64,000 nt of DNA from an uncultured Nitrospiraceae bacterium (GTDB lineage: Bacteria > Nitrospirota > Nitrospiria > Nitrospirales > Nitrospiraceae), in the NCBI GenBank assembly GCA_963706325.1, contig CAVPLT010000001.1:736001-800000 (forward strand), in the 5' to 3' direction. Within the stretch, counting starts at the first letter, position 1. Each line of letters opens with the position of its first letter. The translations under genes were made by a program, and so were the position numbers. The notes under the pieces are model-generated. The model was given only the letters and a program-made list of their open reading frames with translations. It ran no database searches and was not told where the DNA came from. This document shows positions 1 through 10,429 of this stretch, in pieces.

Positions 1-11
1 TGCGCGACATA

Positions 12-1715
12 TCAACGGTGGGCACGGTGTTTGAGTGCTGGCCGTTTTTTCGGCGCGGGCTTACGACTGCCGGCCTTGGTAGGAGTAAGCAGCGTGACCA
101 GACTTCGAATCGTGCTCACGGGATCTCGTCCCAGCGCGATCTGAGACACTGGACGTTGGTGCGTGTGTAGTGATTGGAGGTCGCCGATGGCTTGGGCTTG
201 GGCTAATGTGCCGAACGAATAGAATTTCCCAGGGACCGGCAGATCGGGCTTCATCGCATCGACTAATTCGAGGAAGAGCCCGCTGTTTGGGCCCCCTTTA
301 TGTAGCTGCCCCGTGGAATGTAAATAGCGAGGGCCATAACCTGCCGTAGTGGCGAGGTGGTGCCGGAGCATGACCGCCTTCCGCAGGGCCCTGAGAGCGG
401 CTTCGATTTGAGGTGATGGAGTCGTGTACGCCAAAATCGACAGATAGCGATTCGGTGCCGCTTGTTCGAGCAACTGCGTCAAAGCCTGTTTGGGTGTGAA
501 TGTCGCTACCGGAGGTAAGGTTCCATGCGTTTGCACTTCTTTGAGGACCCGACCGGTATTGTCTTTGCTCTCTTGCACATTGGGTTGATCGAAGGGATGG
601 ATGCCGAGCGTATGTCCCGCAATGGCAGTCGCAAACTCCCAGCGGAAGAATTCGCCTCCGAGATCGTAACGATCGGCCAGGTCCAGGCGAAGGACAGGAT
701 GTCCGGCGCGTTGCAGGGCAGTTGCAGACCGATCCATCGACGTATTGCGATCGCCTTTCAAGCGAAGGTACACAAACACTCGGTCTGCTCCGTAGACTTT
801 GGGCGTCGCGAGGGGCTCACCTGCTATGGGAATCAGGCCGGTCCCTTCCTTGCCTGTACTTTCAGCCAGTAGTTGCTCCACCCACAGTCCGAAGGAGTTG
901 ATCGCCGGAGACGTGATGAGTGTCAGCTTGTCCCGACCGGCTCGGACCATGGTTCCCATCATGGCGCCAAGCGCTGCCCCAGGATTTTGCTTCACTGGCG
1001 ATGGTTTTCGGCAAGCTTCCCGCATCGCGAGGGCCCTTGCGAGGAGTTTGCCCACGTCCAGGCCGAGCAGGGCGGCAGGAACTAAACCAAAGTATGACAG
1101 GACGGAGTATCGTCCGCCGATATCTGACGGATTGGTGAAGGTACGCGAGAATCCTCGATCGCGCGCAAGCTGTTCGAGCCCGGTCCCGAGATCCGTAATG
1201 GCCACAAACTGAGCGCCGCCGCGATTGCCTTTGGTGCGCTGTACGAGCTCCCCAAAATGGGCGAAGAGAGACATCACTTCGATCGTTCCACCCGATTTGC
1301 TCGCGACGAGGAACAGTGTCCGAGCCGGCTGAATGGCTGTGGTGACATGGCGCACCCAGCCCGGTACGGTTGAATCCAGCACCCAGAGCCGAGGTGAGCC
1401 TTTTGATGAGCCAAAGGTGCAGCGAAGGACTTCAGGCCCCAGGCTGCTTCCTCCCATTCCCAAAAGAACGACGTCGGTAGTATTGGCCTCGCGGGATGCT
1501 TGCGCAAAAGAGCGGAGGTCAGCCAGTCCGTCATGCATATGATCGAGAACGGTCAGCCAACCGAGCCGGTTTTCGATCTCCGTCGGATCGGGCTTCCAGA
1601 GGGTATGGTCCCTTGTCCAAATACGCTCGATGGCATGGCTGTTCGCGAGGTCATCGAGCGTGCGACGGATGCCATCGTCGTCTAAAATTTGCGATGCATT
1701 GAGGTGGGTTGGCAT
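12..1715 (-). CDS. pgi: Glucose-6-phosphate isomerase (type resembling the PGI half of transaldolase-PGI fusions)
   Basis: SIS-domain motifs GMGGSSLG, SKSGGTIE, IGGRYSVLS, EQLLAESTGKEG, FDQPNVQESK. Confidence 0.85.
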   Translation of the reverse strand: MPTHLNASQILDDDGIRRTLDDLANSHAIERIWTRDHTLWKPDPTEIENRLGWLTVLDHMHDGLADLRSFAQASREANTTDVVLLGMGGSSLGPEVLRCTFGSSKGSPRLWVLDSTVPGWVRHVTTAIQPARTLFLVASKSGGTIEVMSLFAHFGELVQRTKGNRGGAQFVAITDLGTGLEQLARDRGFSRTFTNPSDIGGRYSVLSYFGLVPAALLGLDVGKLLARALAMREACRKPSPVKQNPGAALGAMMGTMVRAGRDKLTLITSPAINSFGLWVEQLLAESTGKEGTGLIPIAGEPLATPKVYGADRVFVYLRLKGDRNTSMDRSATALQRAGHPVLRLDLADRYDLGGEFFRWEFATAIAGHTLGIHPFDQPNVQESKDNTGRVLKEVQTHGTLPPVATFTPKQALTQLLEQAAPNRYLSILAYTTPSPQIEAALRALRKAVMLRHHLATTAGYGPRYLHSTGQLHKGGPNSGLFLELVDAMKPDLPVPGKFYSFGTLAQAQAIGDLQSLHTHQRPVSQIALGRDPVSTIRSLVTLLTPTKAGSRKPAPKKRPALKHRAHR

Positions 1716-1895
1716 AGCACGCTATCATCCATTGGTGGAGGAACGAATCGATGCATCTGGTGCGATCCGTATCTTAGGTTCGCGAATTCGAAAAGGCAAA
1801 TAGGCGAAAGTTGAAAGCTGTGCCGGGAATGAAGAGGGGGGACGGTCTTTACAATCGGGCGAATGGGTCGCAGGGTTGCAAGAAAGCTTGTATGC

Positions 1896-3047
1896 TCAGG
1901 TTTCTTCTTCCTGATCACCTAAGTCGACCAATACCAGAGAAATCGAATTGTGCGATTCCAGTGCGCCCACGATCGTGACCGGCGTGCCGACTGACACCTG
2001 ATCAAATAACTTGGCAATGTGAGGGTTGTCCAGGAGGACGCTTCCGAACGGTTGGTCCGTAATGCCTTGGGCTGTGCCATGCAGCTGGATAAGACCCGGC
2101 ATGGGTTGGCTTCGGGGAATTAACCCTGACTTCTGCGCTTCCTCGAAGCGTCGGCGATCGTCAGCATTGGGATAATCGAGCAGAAGCGCGCGGAAGTAAG
2201 GTGTTTGTCCAGATCCTCGCTTACGATGGATGCGATATTCGCCTTCCGGGGTCGCACCGTCCCCATAATGCTGCTTGGCTCGAATTCCTCTCGAACCCAG
2301 TCGAATCGGATAAGTCAAAACCTTTCGACCATTCTTGTAGAGTGAGAGAACCCGGTCGGCTTTGCTGATGACGATTGATTGTGCCCGATGGCTCTTGGAC
2401 CAATCGATGGTTCGTTGGGCGGACTCTCTCCACGCGGCAATGAGGTCGGCATCCGCATAACGTCCCAATTCATTGGTGAGCAATGTAGTCTGTGTGAGAA
2501 GAATTTCCCCGGCCCGGTCTGAAGCCCGAACTGCCTGCTCAAACTGCCCCTGTTCCAAGAATAGGCGGGCTTGTCTCACGAGCAATTCCGTTTCGACAGG
2601 ATGTTCACCGAGCATCACCCGGCTGCCAATATCCCCCACACGGGTATTCAATAATCGCAGTTTTTGTTCCACCTTGGCCAACTTCGACTCGACGGAGGCG
2701 CGTTGCGCCTGCAGACGTGTGTTCACGTCTGCGACAAGCTCGGTCCCTTCCACCTGAAGCGATTCCAACTCCGTTTCAAGCTCATTGTCCTCCCAGGGCC
2801 AACGAACGATATTCTCTTCGGATTGCACGCGCGTGCGTAATGCAATCCATTGGCGATTGAATTTCGTGTACCCCTCGGGACTGATGTCTGCGGCTCGTAG
2901 CGTCACCAGGTCACGATCGAGGCTTTCGATGGCCTCAACCAGTTCGTCGGGAACCGTTTCGACGCAGCCGCCCAGGCTCGTTAACAGGATTCCGGCGAGA
3001 GCCAGTTCCGTGAGAGTGAGGCATAGTGGATTCACATGTCGCGTCAT
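1896..3047 (-). CDS. Lipoprotein with helical N-terminal region and C-terminal YkuD/L,D-transpeptidase-like domain
   Basis: Lipobox LGGC; ISKADRVL...GDGATPEGEY...LLDYPN...IQLHG...VSVGTPVTIV. Confidence 0.8.
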   Translation of the reverse strand: MTRHVNPLCLTLTELALAGILLTSLGGCVETVPDELVEAIESLDRDLVTLRAADISPEGYTKFNRQWIALRTRVQSEENIVRWPWEDNELETELESLQVEGTELVADVNTRLQAQRASVESKLAKVEQKLRLLNTRVGDIGSRVMLGEHPVETELLVRQARLFLEQGQFEQAVRASDRAGEILLTQTTLLTNELGRYADADLIAAWRESAQRTIDWSKSHRAQSIVISKADRVLSLYKNGRKVLTYPIRLGSRGIRAKQHYGDGATPEGEYRIHRKRGSGQTPYFRALLLDYPNADDRRRFEEAQKSGLIPRSQPMPGLIQLHGTAQGITDQPFGSVLLDNPHIAKLFDQVSVGTPVTIVGALESHNSISLVLVDLGDQEEET

Positions 3048-3227
3048 GATCGTATTCTATCGTGCAGAGCGGCAGTTGAGCGAGCTCTTCTCGTCTTTTT
3101 GAGCCATAGGCTGCGTGATGCTAGAGACTTGCTATGCATAGGGTACGAATTGAAATATCTATCCTCATCGTTCTCACAAGATTTCACGCGAGGCAGAATC
3201 TTGGCCCTCAATGCCAGTCATGGCTAA

Positions 3228-3243
3228 CGCAATGTGGGTGCCA
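3228..3243 (-). promoter_or_regulatory. Putative sigma54 (-24/-12) promoter for the YkuD-like gene
   Basis: Minus strand reads TGGCAC-CCACA-TTGCG, matching TGGCAC-N5-TTGC. Confidence 0.55.
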
Positions 3244-3488
3244 GCGGTGTGACCAGAGTGTTGTATGGATATTTCTTTGGAGAACAATCGTTTAGATTGG
3301 ATGACACGTTGCGTCAGCGCTGTCCTCCTGTGGCATGTTTGTCACGATGGGGGCAAGAGCGCCTCAAAACATCTCGGTGAAATGCAGGTATTAACCGTTA
3401 GGTTCGCTACATCCAAGTGAAAATAATCTTGTGCTCGTTGGGGTGTTCGGTACGGGCAATTTGTCGGTTGCCCAAGGGCTGGGGTTGA

Positions 3489-3517
3489 TTGACACCCTGC
3501 GTTTACGCCCCTATAAT
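3489..3517 (+). promoter_or_regulatory. Sigma70 promoter of the rpmH operon
   Basis: Perfect TTGACA-17 bp-TATAAT, 44 nt before the rpmH ATG. Confidence 0.85.
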
Positions 3518-3561
3518 GCGGCCTCTTCGTTGAAAATTGATCTTTCGAGAAGGAGTGCGCA

Positions 3562-3699
3562 ATGTCGTTCACTTTTAAACAGCCCTCGAATCTCAAGCGC
3601 AAGCGGGAGCATGGATTTCGGAAGCGCATGAGCACCAAGAATGGGCGAAAAGTTATCGCTCGTCGCAGGGCCAAAGGCCGCGCTCGCCTCACTGTCTGA
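3562..3699 (+). CDS. rpmH: 50S ribosomal protein L34 (not in ORF track, 45 aa)
   Basis: Manual translation [53 protein letters not shown]. Confidence 0.97.
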   Translation: MSFTFKQPSNLKRKREHGFRKRMSTKNGRKVIARRRAKGRARLTV

Positions 3700-3901
3700 T
3701 TTTCCCTGCCGCTACGCAGTCTGCATGTAGGCGAACATCCAGGTGCTGGATGATAGCCCAGGGGTAGATACCGTCACATCGTCCTGACTGTAGCGGATGT
3801 TATGGCGCGACAGGGCCTTGAGTGGCGTAAGTCAGGCCTTGCACGAGGTCCTCGATTTTTCTGGGGCAGCCTAGCCCTAGTGACAGGCAGGCGGGTTGTT
3901 G

Positions 3902-4264
3902 ATGGGGCAAGGGCGGGTGCCGTTCTTTTTGAAGCGTAGCCGTGATATCCAGCACATCAAAAAGATGGGGCGACGAGTTTCCACTGGGCTGTTCAATCTC
4001 CAGGTTTGTCCAGATATATCCCAGAATGCCATGATGGGGATTGTGATTGGGCGGCGGTTCGGCACAGCAGTTTGTCGGAATCGCGCGAAGCGCCTCTTTC
4101 GTGAGCTGGGTCGTTCGATCCGCCCAGCGTTAAGCCCGGGGTACGCATTTCTTGTATTTCCAAAACGAGAGTGTTTGGACCTTCCGTTTGCGGAGCTGCA
4201 GAAGATATGGCGAAGCACACTACAAAGGCAGCGGTTAGCCCGTGTTGTGGAACCTGCGTGTTGA
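3902..4264 (+). CDS. rnpA: Ribonuclease P protein component
   Basis: [13 protein letters not shown] (RNR motif); position after rpmH. Confidence 0.9.
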   Translation: MGQGRVPFFLKRSRDIQHIKKMGRRVSTGLFNLQVCPDISQNAMMGIVIGRRFGTAVCRNRAKRLFRELGRSIRPALSPGYAFLVFPKRECLDLPFAELQKIWRSTLQRQRLARVVEPAC

Positions 4265-4470
4265 GGCGACTCTGCATCGTGCTCTTGATGGTCTACCGAG
4301 CCTGCGTGTCACCGTTGCTGGGACCTGGATGCCGATTCCATCCCACCTGTTCCATGTATGCGCAAGATGCCATAGAGCGGCATGGAGTGGTTAGGGGGAT
4401 CATGCTGTCAGGGTGGCGTCTTCTGAAATGTCATCCCTTCCACCCCGGCGGGTTTGACCCAGTACGGTAA
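4258..4470 (+). CDS. yidD: Membrane protein insertion efficiency factor YidD (start uncertain)
   Basis: [18 protein letters not shown]...[16 protein letters not shown]. Confidence 0.92.
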   Translation: MLRRLCIVLLMVYRACVSPLLGPGCRFHPTCSMYAQDAIERHGVVRGIMLSGWRLLKCHPFHPGGFDPVR

Positions 4471-4516
4471 CAGACGTGGCAACAACTTCTTCGCTTCCAT
4501 CCAACACGTAGGCTCC

Positions 4517-6265
4517 ATGGAAAAACGCGTCATCGTCTTCTTGATCGTGTCCCTGGCCGTGATCATCGGCTATGACTTCTTGCTCAAAGGCATGGGATTG
4601 GCGCCGTCTCCGGAACCCACGCAGGAGGTTTCCACGGCCGACCGCGCGGTCTCCGTGGGCAAGGCCACAGAGCTTCCTGGGGATTCGGCGAAATCTGCAA
4701 ATCCATCTGACTTCTTACCCGTGGGGGCGCCTGCTTCTGCTGCCACCTCCCCGGCTGGTGCTGTGTCTGCCAGCGAGGAACAGACAGTCGAGATCAATAC
4801 AGAGCTGTTTCGTGCCAAGTTCAGTAATCGCGGGGCGGTGATCAAATCCTGGGAGCTGAAGAAATACACCACGCCTGGCGAGCAAGGCGCGCAGCCCGTG
4901 CAGCTGGTCTATAGCGGTGGAAGGTTCAAAGGTCCCCTCAGTGTGATGACGAATGACCAGGCGCTCACCAACGATCTCGATACGGCCCTCTACCTGGTCA
5001 CCCAGGATGTGTCGCAGCTCGACAGTGCACACCCTGTTGGGCATGTCACCTTCAGGTACCATAATGCTCAGCGAAATGTTGACGTCGAAAAGGAACTCAC
5101 GTTTCACCACGGGACGTATGTGGTGGACATTGCCATCCGAACCCAAGGCTTGACCGCGCCGATCGATGTGACTCTCGGCACCAATTTTGGCATCGTGGAA
5201 TGGGGCGAAGGGTTCATTGGACTCATGGGATCCGCTTCCCTGGTCGATGACAAGGTTCTGAAGGAAACACCTGACGGCGAGGCGGAGCGCAAAGGGGATG
5301 TGAAGTGGTCGGCGATCCAAGATAAGTATTTTCTCAGCGTGCTGATGCCTCAGAAGGCCTCCGCGGCACTCGCCAAGAAAGAGGGGGATAAGTTGGTGTC
5401 GGCCGGAGTCCGTTTCGCCGCACCGACGAATGGGCCGACGATGGTGATGCAGCTCTATGCCGGACCCAAGGAATACGACACGCTGAAGTTATTGAATGTC
5501 GGGTTGGAGGATACGATCGACTTCGGCTGGTTTGTGTTTGGAAGCTGGGGTTTGGTCAAGGCTGTGGCGAAGCCGATCTTCTATGTGTTGCGCTTTCTCT
5601 TCGAGTTTACACACAATTATGGGATTACGATCATCCTTTTGACTCTGTCGATCAAGTTGATATTCGTCCCGCTTCAGTACAAAAGCTACAAGTCAATGAA
5701 GCAAATGCAGGTGATCCAACCGAAGGTCTTGGCTTTGCAGACGAAGCTCAAGGATGATCGCGAGCGGCTGAACAAAGAACTGATCAAGCTATACAAAGAC
5801 CATAAGGTGAATCCTGTCGGTGGGTGTCTTCCGATGGTCCTTCAGATGCCTGTCTTTGTCGCGCTGTTCAATATTTTGTATATGACGATCGATCTCCGGC
5901 AAGCCCCCTTCATGCTCTGGATCAAGGACCTGTCCGTGCAAGATCCCTATTACGTCCTCCCGATCATTATGGGCGCCACGATGGTCATTCAGCAGAAGAT
6001 TACCCCTACGACGATGGACCCAACGCAAGCGAAGATCATGTTGTTCTTGCCCGTATTCATGACGTTCCTGTTCGTGAACTTTCCTGCTGGGTTGGTTCTC
6101 TATTGGTTGACCAACAACGTTCTCACGATTACGCAGCAAGTGGTGACCGAACGTCTCTTTGCAAAGAAGTGGCAGGTTGCTGCCGCGCAAGGTGACGTCC
6201 CGGTCATTGACGAATCCAAACAGCAGAAGACTCAGGGCAAGCGGCGAAATAGCCCGGCCGAGTAA
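4517..6265 (+). CDS. yidC: Membrane protein insertase YidC
   Basis: YAGPK, IDFGW, NPVGGCLPMVLQMPVF, LYWLTNN; start MEKRVIVF. Confidence 0.95.
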   Translation: MEKRVIVFLIVSLAVIIGYDFLLKGMGLAPSPEPTQEVSTADRAVSVGKATELPGDSAKSANPSDFLPVGAPASAATSPAGAVSASEEQTVEINTELFRAKFSNRGAVIKSWELKKYTTPGEQGAQPVQLVYSGGRFKGPLSVMTNDQALTNDLDTALYLVTQDVSQLDSAHPVGHVTFRYHNAQRNVDVEKELTFHHGTYVVDIAIRTQGLTAPIDVTLGTNFGIVEWGEGFIGLMGSASLVDDKVLKETPDGEAERKGDVKWSAIQDKYFLSVLMPQKASAALAKKEGDKLVSAGVRFAAPTNGPTMVMQLYAGPKEYDTLKLLNVGLEDTIDFGWFVFGSWGLVKAVAKPIFYVLRFLFEFTHNYGITIILLTLSIKLIFVPLQYKSYKSMKQMQVIQPKVLALQTKLKDDRERLNKELIKLYKDHKVNPVGGCLPMVLQMPVFVALFNILYMTIDLRQAPFMLWIKDLSVQDPYYVLPIIMGATMVIQQKITPTTMDPTQAKIMLFLPVFMTFLFVNFPAGLVLYWLTNNVLTITQQVVTERLFAKKWQVAAAQGDVPVIDESKQQKTQGKRRNSPAE

Positions 6266-6286
6266 TGCTACCTCACTGGGTGCGTC

Positions 6287-7717
6287 ATGCATGACGCGCT
6301 GGATGATACCATCTGTGCTATTGCGACTCCTCCCGGCGAAGGGGGGATCGGCGTGGTTCGCATCAGCGGGCCTCGTGCTCTCGACCTCGCCTCCCACGTC
6401 GTTCATCTCCGATCAGGCGCATCGCTTCAAACCCTTCGACCCCGTGTGATGGCGTTGGCCGATGTCTGCTCACGAAGCATGGTGGCACCTATTCCGATCC
6501 CGTCTGACGCGCGCGCACATTCATTTATCGATGAAGCGCTGGTGGTCGTAATGCGACGGCCGCATTCTTTCACGGGAGAGGATGTCGTCGAGGTCCAGTG
6601 CCACGGCGGTCCGGTGATCCTTGATCAGCTGTGCCGGGCCTTGATGTCCGCGGGAGCCCGACTGGCCGCGCCGGGGGAATTTACCAAGCGAGCATTTCTG
6701 AATGGCCGGTTAGATCTCGCGCAGGCCGAAGCGGTACTTGATACCATTCGCGCGAAGACCGCACGGAGCCTGGCGATCGCCCAAGCGCAGCGGCGGGGAG
6801 AATTATCACAGGAGGTTGAGGCGACGCGCTCTGTGCTGGTCGTGGCTCTCGCGCACATCGAGGCAGCGCTGGATTTTGCGGAGGAGGATATCACGTTTGT
6901 GCAGCAGGACGAACTGATACGACTGCTTGAAGGGGCCACAACCAGGCTGCGACAATTGGTCCGGTCAGGCGAGGAGGGCCGCCTGTGGCGGGAGGGGGCT
7001 GCCGTGGCGATCCTGGGCCGTCCGAATGTCGGCAAGTCCAGTTTAATGAACGCCTTACTCAAAGCTGATCGTGCCATTGTCACGCCGGTTCCCGGCACGA
7101 CGCGAGACATGCTCGAAGAAGTCGTCAGTCTAGACGGCATTCCGGTGCGATTGTTCGATACTGCCGGCATTCGGTCAACGGATGATCCGGTGGAGGCCGA
7201 GGGGATTCGCCGCAGCCACCTTGCGTGGGAGGAGGCGGACCTCGCTCTTATTCTATTAGACGGGTCGCAGCCGTTGTCGGAAAGCGATCGGGTTTTGCTG
7301 GCTCGTCAGGAGGCATCGCAGGCCTTGCTGGTCATCAATAAGTGCGATCTGGACAGGAGACTGTTGAAGGAGGAGCTTGTGCGCGCCTGTCCTTCCAGCG
7401 CGGGCGTCATCGACATTTCGGCGAAAATGCAGGTCGGTCTGGACGGCTTGAGAGCGGCCATTCGCAGCCGACTGACGCCGGACAGGTTAGAGGCCCAGGA
7501 CAGTGTCCTCGTGACAAACATTCGCCATGCCTCGGCGCTTGACCGGGCTTTGCAGGGTGTCGAGCAAGCCCGATGCTCGGTCGAGGCTGGACGCCCGGGC
7601 GAGTTGGTTGCCATGGATCTTCGCATTGCGGCAGATGCATTAGGCGAGATCACGGGTGTCATCACTACGGATGAAATTTTGGAGCGGATCTTCGCGGAAT
7701 TTTGCATTGGGAAATGA
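6287..7717 (+). CDS. mnmE: tRNA modification GTPase MnmE
   Basis: [37 protein letters not shown]-terminal FCIGK. Confidence 0.97.
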   Translation: MHDALDDTICAIATPPGEGGIGVVRISGPRALDLASHVVHLRSGASLQTLRPRVMALADVCSRSMVAPIPIPSDARAHSFIDEALVVVMRRPHSFTGEDVVEVQCHGGPVILDQLCRALMSAGARLAAPGEFTKRAFLNGRLDLAQAEAVLDTIRAKTARSLAIAQAQRRGELSQEVEATRSVLVVALAHIEAALDFAEEDITFVQQDELIRLLEGATTRLRQLVRSGEEGRLWREGAAVAILGRPNVGKSSLMNALLKADRAIVTPVPGTTRDMLEEVVSLDGIPVRLFDTAGIRSTDDPVEAEGIRRSHLAWEEADLALILLDGSQPLSESDRVLLARQEASQALLVINKCDLDRRLLKEELVRACPSSAGVIDISAKMQVGLDGLRAAIRSRLTPDRLEAQDSVLVTNIRHASALDRALQGVEQARCSVEAGRPGELVAMDLRIAADALGEITGVITTDEILERIFAEFCIGK

Positions 7718-7730
7718 AAGGACTCTAGCC

Positions 7731-9608
7731 GTGAGTGAACAATGTGACGTCATTGTCGTCGGTGGCGGGCATGCGGGGTGCGAAGCGGCGCTAGCGGCGG
7801 CTCGCATGGGCGCGCGCACGGTCTTGCTGACTATGGATCCGGACCGTATTGCCCAGATGTCGTGCAATCCTGCCATCGGTGGCATTGCAAAAGGCCATTT
7901 GGTCAAAGAAATCGACGCTTTGGGTGGTGAAATGGGGCGGAATACGGACCAGGCTGGTATTCAATTTCGCATGATCAATACCAGCAAGGGACCAGCGGTT
8001 CGTGCCTTACGCGCGCAGTGCGACAAAAAAATCTATCGCGAGGTCATGCAACTCACCCTTCGCGCGCAGCCTGGACTGGAAATCATGTGTGGCACGGTCG
8101 ACCGTATCCTGACCCAGGCCGGAGCGGTGACCGGCGTGGTGACTGATGGGGGGCGACACATCCAGGCCAGGGCCGTTGTGCTTACGTCAGGTACGTTTCT
8201 GAAGGGATTGATCCATATCGGTCTGAACCATTTTCCGGCCGGACGCGCAGGAGAAGCCTCTGCGGAACATCTCTCCGATTGTATGCGCGATTTTGGTTTT
8301 GAAGTCGGCAGGCTTAAGACTGGGACCCCTCCCAGGCTCGATCGAGACTCGATCGATTTTACCGTCATGATTCCTCAGCCAGGCGATGACCCGCCACCTC
8401 CATTCTCCTATCGAACTAAACATATTCCGTTACCGCAGGTGCCCTGCCATTTGACGTATACTAATACGCAAACGCATGAAATTATTGCTAAAAATATAGA
8501 CAGATCGCCTTTATTCAGTGGGATCATTAATTCCGCTGGTCCGCGCTATTGTCCATCCATAGAGGATAAGGTGGTTAGGTTTGCCGACAAAGATCGTCAC
8601 CAGATTTTTATCGAGCCTGAAGGGTTAGACACCAACGAGTTTTACCCTAATGGGATCTCAACCAGTTTGCCGGTTGATGTTCAGGCTGCCATGCTAAAAA
8701 CCATTTCAGGCCTCGAGCAAGCCAGGATTTTGAAACCAGGATACGCGGTCGAATATGATTTCTTCCCTCCGCGTCAGCTTCACAATACCCTGGAAACCAA
8801 ATTAGTCGAGGGGCTTTATCATGCTGGTCAGATCAATGGGACGTCCGGGTACGAAGAGGCCGGCGCTCAAGGGATCATGGCTGGCATCAATGCGGCGTTA
8901 AAGCTGCGTGGCGATCAGCCTCTCGTGCTCGAACGTTCACAGGCCTATATTGGCGTGTTGATTGATGATTTGATCACCAAAGATGCAAGAGAACCCTATC
9001 GCATGTTCACCTCTCGCGCGGAGTATCGTCTGTTGCTTCGTCACGATAATGCCGACCTCCGCCTGATGGATATCGGGCATCGGATCGGGCTTGTATCTGA
9101 TGACGTACATCGCAAGCTTGAAGCGAAGCGAGATGCCATCGACCATGAGGTTCAAAGGCTCAGAGACACGAGACCAAGGCTGACGCCGGATGTGAAGCGA
9201 CTGATAGAGGAGTGGGATATAGGAGCGGTAGGTCCAACACAATCGCTGGCTGAAATCCTCAGGCGTCAGGATCTCACTTATAAAAAGATCGTGTCCGTAT
9301 TCGGCGGGGCTGATATTGATGATCCTGACATCCTTGAAGCGATTCAGCTTGAGGTGAAATATGAAGGATATATCAAGCGTCAGTTCCAGCAGATTCAGCG
9401 GTCTGAGCGGTTGGAGCATCGAACCATTCCATCTAGCTTTGATTATGATGGCATCACGGGTTTTTCAAGTGAAGTGAGGGAGAAACTCAAGCGAGTCAAA
9501 CCGGCATCCGTCGGCCAGGCATCCCGCATTTCAGGGGTAACCCCCGCGGCCATTTCTTTGCTGCTCGTGGCAATTGAGAGGTCTCGACGACAACCCACGC
9601 ATCGGTGA
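7731..9608 (+). CDS. mnmG: tRNA uridine 5-carboxymethylaminomethyl modification enzyme MnmG (GTG start)
   Basis: [49 protein letters not shown]. Confidence 0.97.
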   Translation: MSEQCDVIVVGGGHAGCEAALAAARMGARTVLLTMDPDRIAQMSCNPAIGGIAKGHLVKEIDALGGEMGRNTDQAGIQFRMINTSKGPAVRALRAQCDKKIYREVMQLTLRAQPGLEIMCGTVDRILTQAGAVTGVVTDGGRHIQARAVVLTSGTFLKGLIHIGLNHFPAGRAGEASAEHLSDCMRDFGFEVGRLKTGTPPRLDRDSIDFTVMIPQPGDDPPPPFSYRTKHIPLPQVPCHLTYTNTQTHEIIAKNIDRSPLFSGIINSAGPRYCPSIEDKVVRFADKDRHQIFIEPEGLDTNEFYPNGISTSLPVDVQAAMLKTISGLEQARILKPGYAVEYDFFPPRQLHNTLETKLVEGLYHAGQINGTSGYEEAGAQGIMAGINAALKLRGDQPLVLERSQAYIGVLIDDLITKDAREPYRMFTSRAEYRLLLRHDNADLRLMDIGHRIGLVSDDVHRKLEAKRDAIDHEVQRLRDTRPRLTPDVKRLIEEWDIGAVGPTQSLAEILRRQDLTYKKIVSVFGGADIDDPDILEAIQLEVKYEGYIKRQFQQIQRSERLEHRTIPSSFDYDGITGFSSEVREKLKRVKPASVGQASRISGVTPAAISLLLVAIERSRRQPTHR

Positions 9609-9697
9609 ATTGAATCGTTCGCATCATTTCCGCATCATACTTATTGTCTCTCCTCATTCGACGGAACAAACTTGACCATTGAGTTCGTTTGGCGTAA

Positions 9698-10363
9698 TTG
9701 TTCCACGTGGAACAGGACCTCATTCCGATAGCCGAACTACTTAAGAAATTAGCAGCCGAGCTTTCTCTTTCCATTCCTGATTCCGCTATCCCCGATTTTT
9801 TGAGTTACCTCAGCCAGCTGAAGAAGTGGAATAAGGCAATCAATCTCACGGCAATCCAGGATGATCGCGAGATTGTAGTGAAGCATTTCATTGATTCTTT
9901 GGCAGGCATGAAAGTCATTGAAATAACTAATGAATGTACAATGTTGGATGTTGGCGCTGGTGCCGGATTCCCTGCTATTCCCATAAAATTAGTACGGCGT
10001 GATCTGTCTATTGAGCTGCTCGAGCCAAGCGAAAGAAAAGGGTCCTTTCTGCGGTATGTCATAGGTTCACTCGGGCTCCGTGGTGCGTCGGTCGCGACAA
10101 TCAAATTAGAGAACTACGTCAAGCGCGAAAGTAATCGAAGGCTTTTTGATTACATCGTAGTCCGGGCATTTAGGGTCGATACGTTGGGGCTTGCATTGGG
10201 AAGTTTGCTCAAAGAGGGAGGGAAGCTCGTGCTGTTCCGGGCCGCAAAGGTCGAGCCCGATTTCAGGCTCGATAGCCTTGCTTTGATCCAGGAACTCGAG
10301 TATGAGCTTCCATCTGGTTACGGTCACCGAACGCTGTCTGTCTTTTCAAGGCTGACAGCATAA
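9698..10363 (+). CDS. rsmG: 16S rRNA m7G527 methyltransferase; start (TTG 9698 or GTG 9707) overlaps parS
   Basis: WNKAINLTAI, KHFIDSL, DVGAGAGFP. Confidence 0.92.
   Translation: MFHVEQDLIPIAELLKKLAAELSLSIPDSAIPDFLSYLSQLKKWNKAINLTAIQDDREIVVKHFIDSLAGMKVIEITNECTMLDVGAGAGFPAIPIKLVRRDLSIELLEPSERKGSFLRYVIGSLGLRGASVATIKLENYVKRESNRRLFDYIVVRAFRVDTLGLALGSLLKEGGKLVLFRAAKVEPDFRLDSLALIQELEYELPSGYGHRTLSVFSRLTA
9699..9714. promoter_or_regulatory. parS centromere site 1
   Basis: Perfect palindrome TGTTCCACGTGGAACA matching the chromosomal parS consensus. Confidence 0.93.
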
Positions 10364-10369
10364 TGGTAG

Positions 10370-10385
10370 TGTTCCACGTGGAACA
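10370..10385. promoter_or_regulatory. parS centromere site 2
   Basis: Identical TGTTCCACGTGGAACA between rsmG and parA. Confidence 0.93.
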
Positions 10386-10429
10386 GTCGTTCGGCTTACA
10401 GGCTTAGTCACGGAGGAGTGAGGAACTGA

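Noticed and set aside
3048..3107. Upstream in-frame ATG separated from the YkuD-like ORF by a TAG; with the PilZ TAG it hinted at amber recoding
   Set aside because: TAG is the normal stop of parA, parB, atpH, atpC and others here, and the lipoprotein signal fits the 3047 start
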